This document shows, piece by piece, positions 9,535 to 18,024 of a stretch of DNA of 31,983 nucleotides (position 1 is the stretch's first letter; each line of letters starts with the position of its first letter). Below the pieces are notes generated by a model, which saw only the letters and a program-made list of their open reading frames with translations, did no database searches and was not told the DNA's origin. This stretch comes from Promethearchaeota archaeon (GTDB taxonomy: Archaea; Asgardarchaeota; Lokiarchaeia; Sigyniarchaeales; SOKP01): contig JAFGOA010000238.1 of assembly GCA_016926735.1 (NCBI GenBank), forward strand, positions 1 to 31,983, read 5' to 3'. The position numbers were made by a program, and so were the translations under genes.

Positions 9535-10914
9535 GTGAAATTAATGATTAAAAAGAAAAAGCAAATCCTAATAATGTCGTTCATTTTTATCATGAGCTTA
9601 TTAATTATAATATCATCACTATTTTTTTTGTTTCCATCTCAAAAAGAAGCTTTAATTAAAGGTTTTTCTTCTGTATGGGATACTAGAAAACCAGGTATAA
9701 GCAATGAAAATCAAATAAGTTTACCTTTGGAATCAAGCGGAACATACAATTTTACAGTAGATTGGGGTGATGGAACTCTTGAGGAGATCACAAGCTGGGA
9801 TCAACCAGAAACAATTCATACATATACTTCAGGAGGGATATATACTATCAGCATTAATGGAATTATTGTTGGTTGGAACTTTAATAATGGAGGTGATAGG
9901 CTTAAATTAAAAGAGATAAATAAATGGGGTTCCTTACGTTTAGGAAATTCAGGAGGATATTTCTATGGATGCGAAAACCTTATTATTAATACTCATGATA
10001 ATTTAAATTTAACTGGTACTATAAATCTCAATAATGCTTTTAAAGCATGCCTTAGCATTGAAAATATAGAAGGGATGAATAATTGGGATTTATCATGTGT
10101 AATAAATATGAATTCTATATTTTATGATGCTTCTTCCTTCAATCAAAATCTTGGTAATTGGAACGTGTCAAACGTAAAAAAGATGAGTCATATGTTCTGG
10201 GGTGCTTCTTCCTTCAACCAAGATATTTGTAAATGGAACGTCTCAAAGGTGACTAATATGAGCTATATGTTCTGGGGTGCTTCTTCTTTCAACCAAGATA
10301 TTGGTAATTGGGATGTATCGAATGTGATAGATATGAGCAATATGTTTTCATTTGCAAATAGTTTTAATCAAGATATAAATCTTTGGAACGTCTCAAAGGT
10401 AACTAATATGAGCTATATGTTCCTCCAAGCAACTACTTTTAATCAAAGTATTTGCAATTGGAATGTCTCAAGCGTGATGGATATGAAGTCTATGTTTTGG
10501 AGTGCCTATTCATTCAACCAGGATATTGGTAATTGGGATGTATCGAATGTGATAGACATGAGCAATATGTTTAGAATCTCTTCTTTCAACCAAGATATTG
10601 GTAATTGGGATGTATCATGTGTAAAAGATATGAATAGTATGTTCAGTTTGACAATTAATTTCAATCAAAATCTTGGTAACTGGAACGTGTCAAATGTAAA
10701 AGATATGAGTCATATGTTCAATGGTGTGACGTTATCAACAGTAAATTATGATTCTCTGCTAATTGGATGGGCGAATTTTTCGCCATTACAATATAATGTT
10801 AACTTCGACGCAGGTGGATCAACATTTACTTCTAGTGGAGCTGCTGAGAATGCAAGGAACGATATCCTCGTGAATATGTTTAATTGGATTATTTCAGATG
10901 GTGGGGGCGTTTAA
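9535..10914 (+). CDS. BspA-family (DUF285) leucine-rich-repeat surface protein with N-terminal anchor and PKD-like domain
   Basis: N-terminal TM/signal, YNFTVDWGDG...HTYTSGGIYTI PKD-like motif, and about 9 repeats of ~25 aa of the type FNQDIGNWDVSNVIDMSNMF. GTG start; ATG at 9544 is also possible. Confidence 0.9.
   Translation: MKLMIKKKKQILIMSFIFIMSLLIIISSLFFLFPSQKEALIKGFSSVWDTRKPGISNENQISLPLESSGTYNFTVDWGDGTLEEITSWDQPETIHTYTSGGIYTISINGIIVGWNFNNGGDRLKLKEINKWGSLRLGNSGGYFYGCENLIINTHDNLNLTGTINLNNAFKACLSIENIEGMNNWDLSCVINMNSIFYDASSFNQNLGNWNVSNVKKMSHMFWGASSFNQDICKWNVSKVTNMSYMFWGASSFNQDIGNWDVSNVIDMSNMFSFANSFNQDINLWNVSKVTNMSYMFLQATTFNQSICNWNVSSVMDMKSMFWSAYSFNQDIGNWDVSNVIDMSNMFRISSFNQDIGNWDVSCVKDMNSMFSLTINFNQNLGNWNVSNVKDMSHMFNGVTLSTVNYDSLLIGWANFSPLQYNVNFDAGGSTFTSSGAAENARNDILVNMFNWIISDGGGV
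10075..10720 (+). repeat. Intragenic ~75-bp tandem repeats encoding the DUF285 units
   Basis: Near-identical DNA blocks at 10138-10197/10660-10719, 10288-10347/10513-10572 and 10234-10272/10384-10422. Confidence 0.9.
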
Positions 10915-10971
10915 ATCTATTAATTATAATCATAAAAACTTATGAAAAATTGAAAAAATATTTCCTTTTAG

Positions 10972-11155
10972 TCATTTTTTGGAGATTCACATAATTTGTG
11001 AGTTTCCAAAAATAATCCAAAATTCTTTTTAAATATATTGATATTACGATAATCTATTATTTAAAATAATCCATAATTTTTCAAAAATAAGCTAAAAACA
11101 TTTATAAAGAGAATTTTTAAAATTTCATTTTTTGGTTTTCATAAATAATACAAAA
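10972..11155 (+). repeat. Dispersed intergenic repeat, copy B
   Basis: Palindrome tttttggagattcaca-taatt-tgtgagtttccaaaaa (10976-11012), then ~20-bp units ending in ttttcataaataatacaaaa. Confidence 0.85.
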
Positions 11156-11205
11156 CTATGATAAAAAAAAAAGAACTTTAGAAAGTTCTACATAATTACA
11201 TAAGT

Positions 11206-12366
11206 TTAATACATTCCAGGTCTTGCTAAGTTAGTTGACCAAGCACTTAATATTCCATCTTCATTTTCAGCAAGTACTCGATACCACCAACTTACACCTT
11301 GAGTTGCTAAATAGTCATCAAAATAGAAATCTATAAAAGTGGCATTAACTGAACCAATTCTGTTGTAAAGCAGATCCTCTATTTGCTCACTTGAGCGTTC
11401 AATATGATATAGCACCGCCCCTTGGACTCCTTCCCAGGAGACCCTGATCTTATCTGGATAATCCATGCTAGATACTTGAATTGGAACGGAATCTAATAAT
11501 CTGTATCCAAGTTTAACCTCTGAAAATTCACTTACAATTGTATTATCATATAAGGAAAGAATTCGCCCTTTGTAATAATATTTCTTTCCATTTTCAGCAG
11601 AAATATCGTCATATCTACTTATTGAATCAGTTTCATGAATTAAAGTATATTGACCATCAATTTCTGTAGCACGGTAAAATTGATATACATAATGATCCCA
11701 AAAGACTATATCTCCTAAAATAATAGTAACATAATCTGGAGAATTTGTAGTGCAATAAGTTAAAGTTGGAGTTGGTATTGACCTATATCCTGAATCTATA
11801 GAAGTTTCGAATTCACCATTGGTCGTAATAACATTTACTTTATAATAGTATTTTATTCCTGGAAATCTAAGTCCTATATCTTGTATGTCGGAATAATAAT
11901 TATTTGTAGTTTCCCCAATGTTTGTATAGACACCATTTTCATCTTCAGCTCTATAAATCTCATAAACATTTGCATCAGGAAAATTAGACCACTCTAAATC
12001 AATTGATGAAAGACTAGTTCCATCTGAAGCTTTTAATTGGGTAACAGGAAAGCTATCTATTACTCCAACATAGTATTGTGCTATAAGTAAAGCATCTACT
12101 ATAGTAACAGATCCATCTCCATTAACATCTGCTAAGGCAGGATTAAATCCTGCTGGATCTAATCCAACATAGTATTGACCTGTTAAAAGGGCATCTATAA
12201 TATTTACAGCACCATCTTCATTTGTATCACCAATAATTATAGCAGAACTCTTTAAATTATTGGAAGTAGTTGTAGAATCGGTAAATTTTATAAAAATAGA
12301 TGGGAAAAATACCAATAAGGCCAAGAATATACTAAATCTAAATTTTTTTAATTTTTGTTTATTCAT
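11206..12366 (-). CDS. Secreted protein with a dockerin (duplicated EF-hand-like) domain and fibronectin type III-like repeats
   Basis: Signal-like N-terminus, GDTNEDGAVNIIDALL...ADVNGDGSVTIVDALL dockerin duplicate, and three Fn3-like units (W...YEIYRA...Y.D...YYYKV). Confidence 0.8.
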   Translation of the reverse strand: MNKQKLKKFRFSIFLALLVFFPSIFIKFTDSTTTSNNLKSSAIIIGDTNEDGAVNIIDALLTGQYYVGLDPAGFNPALADVNGDGSVTIVDALLIAQYYVGVIDSFPVTQLKASDGTSLSSIDLEWSNFPDANVYEIYRAEDENGVYTNIGETTNNYYSDIQDIGLRFPGIKYYYKVNVITTNGEFETSIDSGYRSIPTPTLTYCTTNSPDYVTIILGDIVFWDHYVYQFYRATEIDGQYTLIHETDSISRYDDISAENGKKYYYKGRILSLYDNTIVSEFSEVKLGYRLLDSVPIQVSSMDYPDKIRVSWEGVQGAVLYHIERSSEQIEDLLYNRIGSVNATFIDFYFDDYLATQGVSWWYRVLAENEDGILSAWSTNLARPGMY

Positions 12367-12440
12367 ATAAATTTCATCCTTAAACCATTTTTATTGATTT
12401 TCTAAATTTAAATAGAATATTTTAATCAATTACATAAAAA

Positions 12441-12579
12441 AATCCTATTTATTTAAAAAGGATTGAGGTGTACTTTTTGAACTATAATTGAGCTACCAAT
12501 CCTTGAGGGGGAATAAATTCCTACTCCCTAATATATAATTAGGCAATACGGAATGGTTCTTCACCCTATATTATTATAG
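12441..12579. other. Multi-stem structured non-coding element (candidate cis-regulatory RNA or ssDNA structure)
   Basis: Nested complementary segments: aatcct/aggatt, ggtg/cacc, accaatcc/ggaatggt, gagggggaat/attcctactc, cctaat/attagg and ctata/tatag. It is more GC-rich than its flanks. No family recognised. Confidence 0.4.
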
Positions 12580-12739
12580 AGAAAATAAAATAAAAAATTA
12601 TTAGAGAGTATTGGTTTAATGAATTAATTTTGCATTCATCCCTACCCTAAAAGACATGGTATTCTACTATAAAAACAGTAAAGAGAAAATAAAATAAAGA
12701 AAAAAGAATAAGGATTTAGAAAAATACTTGATTACATAA

Positions 12740-12870
12740 TTAATGCTCCGGAAATGCAATTAATAATGGATTATTGATGATCTAAATTGTGATCTTTCAA
12801 AAATAATCCAATTTTCTTTAAAAAGACAATTTTTAAAATTCTATTGTTTAGTTTTCAAAATAAAACAAAA
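12740..12870 (+). repeat. Dispersed intergenic repeat, copy C, carrying a duplicate of the GNAT 3' end
   Basis: ttaatgctccggaaatgcaattaat matches 9293-9317 with one mismatch. Similarity continues to gttttcaaaataaaacaaaa. Confidence 0.8.
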
Positions 12871-12967
12871 TTAAGTTTATTATAAAAAATACCCAAAACA
12901 ATTTGAATTTTTTATACTATTTTTTGGAAAGAAAAATAATAAAAATATCAAGTCTATATATTATTCT

Positions 12968-14248
12968 ATGACAAAAAAAGAAGAATCAGCTTCTTTAGAA
13001 CAACAAAAGGGTAAGGAAGAAAAAGGTCGAATTTCACGTTTTTTGGCCTTCTATGTTATTGCTTATGTTATTGTAGATGGTTTTCTAACTGCTATGCCTA
13101 TTCATATAAATGATAACTTATTATTCGAGTTCGGACTCAATGAATCTCAATATTATGTAATTTTGAGTATCGCCTCCCTGGGTTTGATTGCTGTGTTTGC
13201 TCTTCAATATTTTGCAGATATTATTGGTCGAAAATGGGCAATTATAATTTCATTTATAGGAATGGCTGTTAGTGGATCTTTAATGGGATTTGCTTTAACT
13301 GCTGAGCAATTTACACTTTTCTTCTTCTTTAGTTTCTTCTTTGTATCTTCAGATGTTTGGGTTATATATGTAAGTGAGGAAGTAGCCCCCCAAAATCGTG
13401 GGCGGGCTATTTTTTGGATTACTATATTCACTGTAGCAGCTACATTTATAGGACCAATAGCACGTAGAATCGCAATGCAAGAACCAGTAGATATAGCTTC
13501 TGCAGCAACATGGAGATATCTCCCAATGATATTCATAGTTACAATTCCAATCGCTTTATTGGGATTTGGTATTAAAGAAAGTTCAGCTTATATAGAAAAT
13601 AAGAAAAACAGACCAATTGAATCAATTCAAGATAAAATTAAAAAACTCGGAAAAGTCTATAAAGGTGAATATAAAGTAAGGTTTTTAGTCTTTATCCTAT
13701 CAGGTATTTATCTTGGATTAGGATTTACATCAATTTCACTTTTTGATCCCTTTCTACATTCGTATTTTGGAAATACTGACCAAGTCACTACTTCGTGGAT
13801 AATAATGTCCATTTTTGCCATAGTAGCATTTTTTCTCATTGGTCCAATTACTGATAAATTTGGACGAAAATCCACTAGTTATGCGATTTGCATTATTGAA
13901 CTAATAAGTCTAATCCTATTAGTCCTAAGTGTGGAATTCTTAACTGTTATCAGTTTACCTTTAATTGCAGTACTGAGCGGTCTTACTTTTGCTGCATATT
14001 ATTCATTTTTAAGCTTGAATCGAGTTCATTGTGTTGAACTATTTCCAACAGAGATTAGAGGTACTGCACTCGCATGGCGTTCTTTTGCTTTCGCCATAGC
14101 AGTTACTGGAGGATCTGCTCTATCCTCATTATTAACAAATTTTATATCAGTGGGTACAGTATTTATTATTTACAGCTGCTTAATTCCATTTGTAATGTTT
14201 GCTATAAAGAAATATCTTCCAGAAACGAAAAATATCTCTATACGTTAA
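12968..14248 (+). CDS. Major facilitator superfamily transporter
   Basis: About 12 TM segments, motif-A copies ADIIGRK and TDKFGRK, plus SEEVAPQNRG and ELFPTEIRG. Confidence 0.92.
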   Translation: MTKKEESASLEQQKGKEEKGRISRFLAFYVIAYVIVDGFLTAMPIHINDNLLFEFGLNESQYYVILSIASLGLIAVFALQYFADIIGRKWAIIISFIGMAVSGSLMGFALTAEQFTLFFFFSFFFVSSDVWVIYVSEEVAPQNRGRAIFWITIFTVAATFIGPIARRIAMQEPVDIASAATWRYLPMIFIVTIPIALLGFGIKESSAYIENKKNRPIESIQDKIKKLGKVYKGEYKVRFLVFILSGIYLGLGFTSISLFDPFLHSYFGNTDQVTTSWIIMSIFAIVAFFLIGPITDKFGRKSTSYAICIIELISLILLVLSVEFLTVISLPLIAVLSGLTFAAYYSFLSLNRVHCVELFPTEIRGTALAWRSFAFAIAVTGGSALSSLLTNFISVGTVFIIYSCLIPFVMFAIKKYLPETKNISIR

Positions 14249-14418
14249 TTATATTATAGCGTTTAATAATTTCTAAAATCTTTTTTTTTTATTTTTTTAA
14301 AAAATCCAATTTTTTTTTCAATTCAATAAATTATTTGAGTATTTCTTATAATAATATATATCTAAAAATTGAATTTTTATGTTTAAATAATATCTCATCT
14401 TAGTGTAATTTAAAAAAA

Positions 14419-14625
14419 AATATCAAATCATTATATTTATCATTTCATTCTTCGAAACCTCAATTATTGTGGTTTTCCAAAAATCAACCAAAATCCTTTA
14501 TAAATAAATTAGTATTTTTTGACTCATTTTTCAAAATTATCCATAATTTTTCAGAAATAATCCAAAAACCTTTTTAAAGACAATTTTTAAAATTTCATGT
14601 TCTATTTTTCATAAATAATACAAAA
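14419..14625 (+). repeat. Dispersed intergenic repeat, copy D
   Basis: aatatcaaatcatt...tttatcatttcattcttcgaaacctcaattattgtggttttccaaaaatcaaccaaaatcctttataaa...ttttcataaataatacaaaa. Confidence 0.85.
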
Positions 14626-14708
14626 ATAAGAAAATTATCATATGAATATTTTTCTTTAGTCTCTTTAATTTTTTTATCATCAGTAATGTATTCCCTATAT
14701 CTGGTTTT

Positions 14709-17700
14709 TTACCAGTAGATTTTCTTTAATTTCTCATGATATTCATTAAGAGATGTAACTGAGACCTTTCTTCCCCTCATTTTCTCTATTGAATTAATCA
14801 ATGCTTCAGCCAGTTCTATATTTATGATTACAGGTATGTTAAAATCAACAGCTAACCTTCTGATCTTATACTCATCTTCTATAATTGTTCTAAATTTCTC
14901 TTTACCTTTAGAGGGTCTTGGAATATTGATAACTAAATCAATCATTGCATTTTGAAGACAACCTATAATATTAGGTTCTTGTCCAAATTCATGAATTTTA
15001 TACAGTCGAACAGTATAAATTCCATTCTCTTTAAGAATAGATGCTGTATCTTGAGTTGCAAATATTTTAAATCCCAATTTCTTTAATTTTATTGCTAGGG
15101 GTATAACTCGTTTTTTTAATTCTTCTCCACCAACAGTTATAAGAACATTTCCACCATTTATTGGTATATTTTGTTCTGTAGCTTCTAAAGCTTTAATTAA
15201 AGCATCTGATAAATCTTTACCAATGCAAGCCACTTCACCTGTACTATTCATTTCTACACCTAAGATTGGATCTGCATTATCTAAACGCATAAAAGAAAAC
15301 ATTGGAGCTTTCACTACGACAAAGTCACCATAAGGTAATTTTAAAAGGTTTTCAGGTATTTTATGTCCCATAATTACTTCTGCTGTAAGTCTCATTAAAT
15401 TAATACCTCGTGTTTTAGAGACATATGGCATACTCCTACTGGAGCGAAGATTACATTCAATTACATAGACGATTTCATCCTTTAATAAGTATTGTATGTT
15501 AAAAGGTCCTTTAATTTTTAATGCTAAAGCGATTTCTTTTGTATATTTTTCAATTTTTTGAATTACTTCATTTGAAATCGTTTGTGGAGGAATAGACATA
15601 GTTGCATCCCCACTATGAACTCCAGCATTTTCAATATGTTCAACAACTGCTCCAATGAATACATTAATCCCATCACAGATCCCATCACATTCTACTTCTC
15701 GTGAATTTATAAAAAATTTTGTTATTACTACAGGATATTCCTTAGAGACCGTTGCTGCAAGATCAAGTGTATCTATTAATGTTTTTTCATCATAAGATAC
15801 CCTCATAGCAGCTCCGCTTAAAACATAAGAAGGTCTTACAAGAACTGGATAACCTACTTTTCTTGTAAATTCCAAAGCTTCTTCCTTATTTATTAACATA
15901 CTCCAATCAGGTTGTTTTATATTCATTTGATCTAGTAGATTACTAAACTTTGCTCTATCTTCTGCCATATCAACGCGTGAACCATGAGTACCTATTATAT
16001 TAATTCTAGCCTTGCGATAAAATTCATTATATTTAGAAAATTTAGCGGCAAGATTTTGAGCAATTTGTCCACCTACAGAAACAACAATTCCTTCAGCTTT
16101 TTCAAGCTCACATATATCTAATACCCTTTCTCCAGAAAGCTCCTCAAAGTAAAGTTTGTCACATATATCATAATCCGTACTACATGTTTCGGGATTGTAA
16201 TTAATCATTATAGCTTGATTAATTCCTTGTTTTTGAAGTCCCCATAAACAATTGACACTTCCCCAATCAAATTCACAACTACTTCCAATTCTATAAGTTC
16301 CACATCCTAACACAATAATTTTTCTAAGTTTTTCTTTTTCTTCTTGTCCATAATTAATATCGTGTTTATTTCCCCAATAAGTTAAATATAAGTATTGCCT
16401 TTTAGGGATGCATTGTCCTGCTAGAGTATCAATTTGCTTTACATATGGTATAATTTTATATCTTTTTCGTAGTCTTCTTATAGTTGGTGTATCAACACCT
16501 ATAATTTTTGCTATTTGTCCATCTGAAAATCCATATCTTTTTGCTTCCTCTAAGCAATTTCCTTTTTCTTCATCAGATGATTTAAGAAAATCCAATCCAC
16601 ATAGTTTTTGTTCAATATCTATTATATTTTTCAATTTATATAGAAACCATTTATCTATTCTAGATCTCTCATAAATTTTTTCAATAGAAATACCTCGTTT
16701 TATTGCTTCACCAATTCTTAAAAATCTTAAATCAGTAGGATTTCTTAATTCATATAATAATTCATTTATATCTTCTATAGGTGTTAGGTTATTTACAACA
16801 AATCCTTTTAATCCAATGTCTAACATTCGAAGAGCTTTTTGACATACTTCTTCAAAACATCTACCTATACTCATACATTCCCCAACACCCTTCATTTGGG
16901 GCCCTATGCGACGATCTACCCTCTCAAATTTATTTAAATCCCATCGAGGATATTTTAAAACCATATAATCAGTAGCAGGCTCAAAATTTGCAGTTGTTTT
17001 AAGTGTAATTTGATTTAGTAATTCCGGCAAATGATATCCAATCGCAATCTTAGCTGCTATATAAGCTAGAGGATAACCAGTAGCTTTTGATGCTAATGCA
17101 GAAGATCTTGATAATCTTGCGTTTATTTCAATAGCTCTATGATTTTTACTAAAAGGATCTAATGCCCATTGTATGTTACATTCACCAACTACGCCCACCT
17201 TTTTAGTTGCTCGAATTGATGCTGATCGAAGTATTTGAAGCTCCTCATCTGTTAAAGTCTGAGCAGGAGCAACAACTATTGAATCTCCTGTGTGAATACC
17301 ACAAGGATCCACATTTTCCATACTACAATTTATGAAACAGTTATCATCTGCATCTCTAAGTATTTCAAATTCAATTTCTTTCCATCCCCAAACACTTTCT
17401 TCTATTAAAATTTGGTTAATTCTTGATTGAGCTAATCCTCTTTTTGCTAGTCTTTCGAATTGATCCCAACTATTTATAAAAGCTGATCCTTTCCCACCTA
17501 AAACATAACCAACTCTAAGCATAATTGGAAACCCTATTTCCTTAGCTGCTTTTATAGCATCTTTATAATTATTAACAGCGTAACTTTTGCATACTGGGCA
17601 ATTAGCACTTTTCATTGCTTTAGCAAATAAATCTCTATCTTCTGTTATTTGAATTGCTTTAATTGGAGTACCTAAAACTCTAACAGAATACTTTTCTAAA

Positions 17701-18020
17701 ATCCCAGATTCATAAAGCTCAACACCTACGTTTAAACCTGTTTGACCACCAAAGGCTAAACAAATTCCGTCAGGTTTCTCTTTCTTGATAATCTCCTCAA
17801 TATATTTAATTGTAATAGGTTCTAAGTAAACCTTATGAGCCATTTGAGGATCAGTCATAATTGTTGCAATATTTGGATTAACTAGAATTGTTTTTATACC
17901 CTCTTCATTAAGAGCCTTTAAAACTTGACTTCCACTATAATCAAATTCTCCAGCTTGTCCTATTCTTACAGCTCCAGAACCTATAATTAGTACTTTTTTT
18001 AATGATTCATCTAAAGGCAA
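14709..18020 (-). CDS. carB: Carbamoyl-phosphate synthase large subunit
   Basis: KKVLIIGSGAVRIGQAGEFDYSG, two ATP-grasp domains (GIHTGDS, GVHSGDA, EINARLSRSS, RPSYVLSG) and a C-terminal MGS-like domain. TTG start 4 bp after the carA stop. Confidence 0.97.
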   Translation of the reverse strand: MPLDESLKKVLIIGSGAVRIGQAGEFDYSGSQVLKALNEEGIKTILVNPNIATIMTDPQMAHKVYLEPITIKYIEEIIKKEKPDGICLAFGGQTGLNVGVELYESGILEKYSVRVLGTPIKAIQITEDRDLFAKAMKSANCPVCKSYAVNNYKDAIKAAKEIGFPIMLRVGYVLGGKGSAFINSWDQFERLAKRGLAQSRINQILIEESVWGWKEIEFEILRDADDNCFINCSMENVDPCGIHTGDSIVVAPAQTLTDEELQILRSASIRATKKVGVVGECNIQWALDPFSKNHRAIEINARLSRSSALASKATGYPLAYIAAKIAIGYHLPELLNQITLKTTANFEPATDYMVLKYPRWDLNKFERVDRRIGPQMKGVGECMSIGRCFEEVCQKALRMLDIGLKGFVVNNLTPIEDINELLYELRNPTDLRFLRIGEAIKRGISIEKIYERSRIDKWFLYKLKNIIDIEQKLCGLDFLKSSDEEKGNCLEEAKRYGFSDGQIAKIIGVDTPTIRRLRKRYKIIPYVKQIDTLAGQCIPKRQYLYLTYWGNKHDINYGQEEKEKLRKIIVLGCGTYRIGSSCEFDWGSVNCLWGLQKQGINQAIMINYNPETCSTDYDICDKLYFEELSGERVLDICELEKAEGIVVSVGGQIAQNLAAKFSKYNEFYRKARINIIGTHGSRVDMAEDRAKFSNLLDQMNIKQPDWSMLINKEEALEFTRKVGYPVLVRPSYVLSGAAMRVSYDEKTLIDTLDLAATVSKEYPVVITKFFINSREVECDGICDGINVFIGAVVEHIENAGVHSGDATMSIPPQTISNEVIQKIEKYTKEIALALKIKGPFNIQYLLKDEIVYVIECNLRSSRSMPYVSKTRGINLMRLTAEVIMGHKIPENLLKLPYGDFVVVKAPMFSFMRLDNADPILGVEMNSTGEVACIGKDLSDALIKALEATEQNIPINGGNVLITVGGEELKKRVIPLAIKLKKLGFKIFATQDTASILKENGIYTVRLYKIHEFGQEPNIIGCLQNAMIDLVINIPRPSKGKEKFRTIIEDEYKIRRLAVDFNIPVIINIELAEALINSIEKMRGRKVSVTSLNEYHEKLKKIYW

Positions 18021-18024
18021 TTAA

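Noticed and set aside
10075-10720. Diversity-generating retroelement template/variable repeat pair
   Set aside because: No reverse transcriptase is present. The repeats are in-frame coding units and their differences are not adenine-specific.
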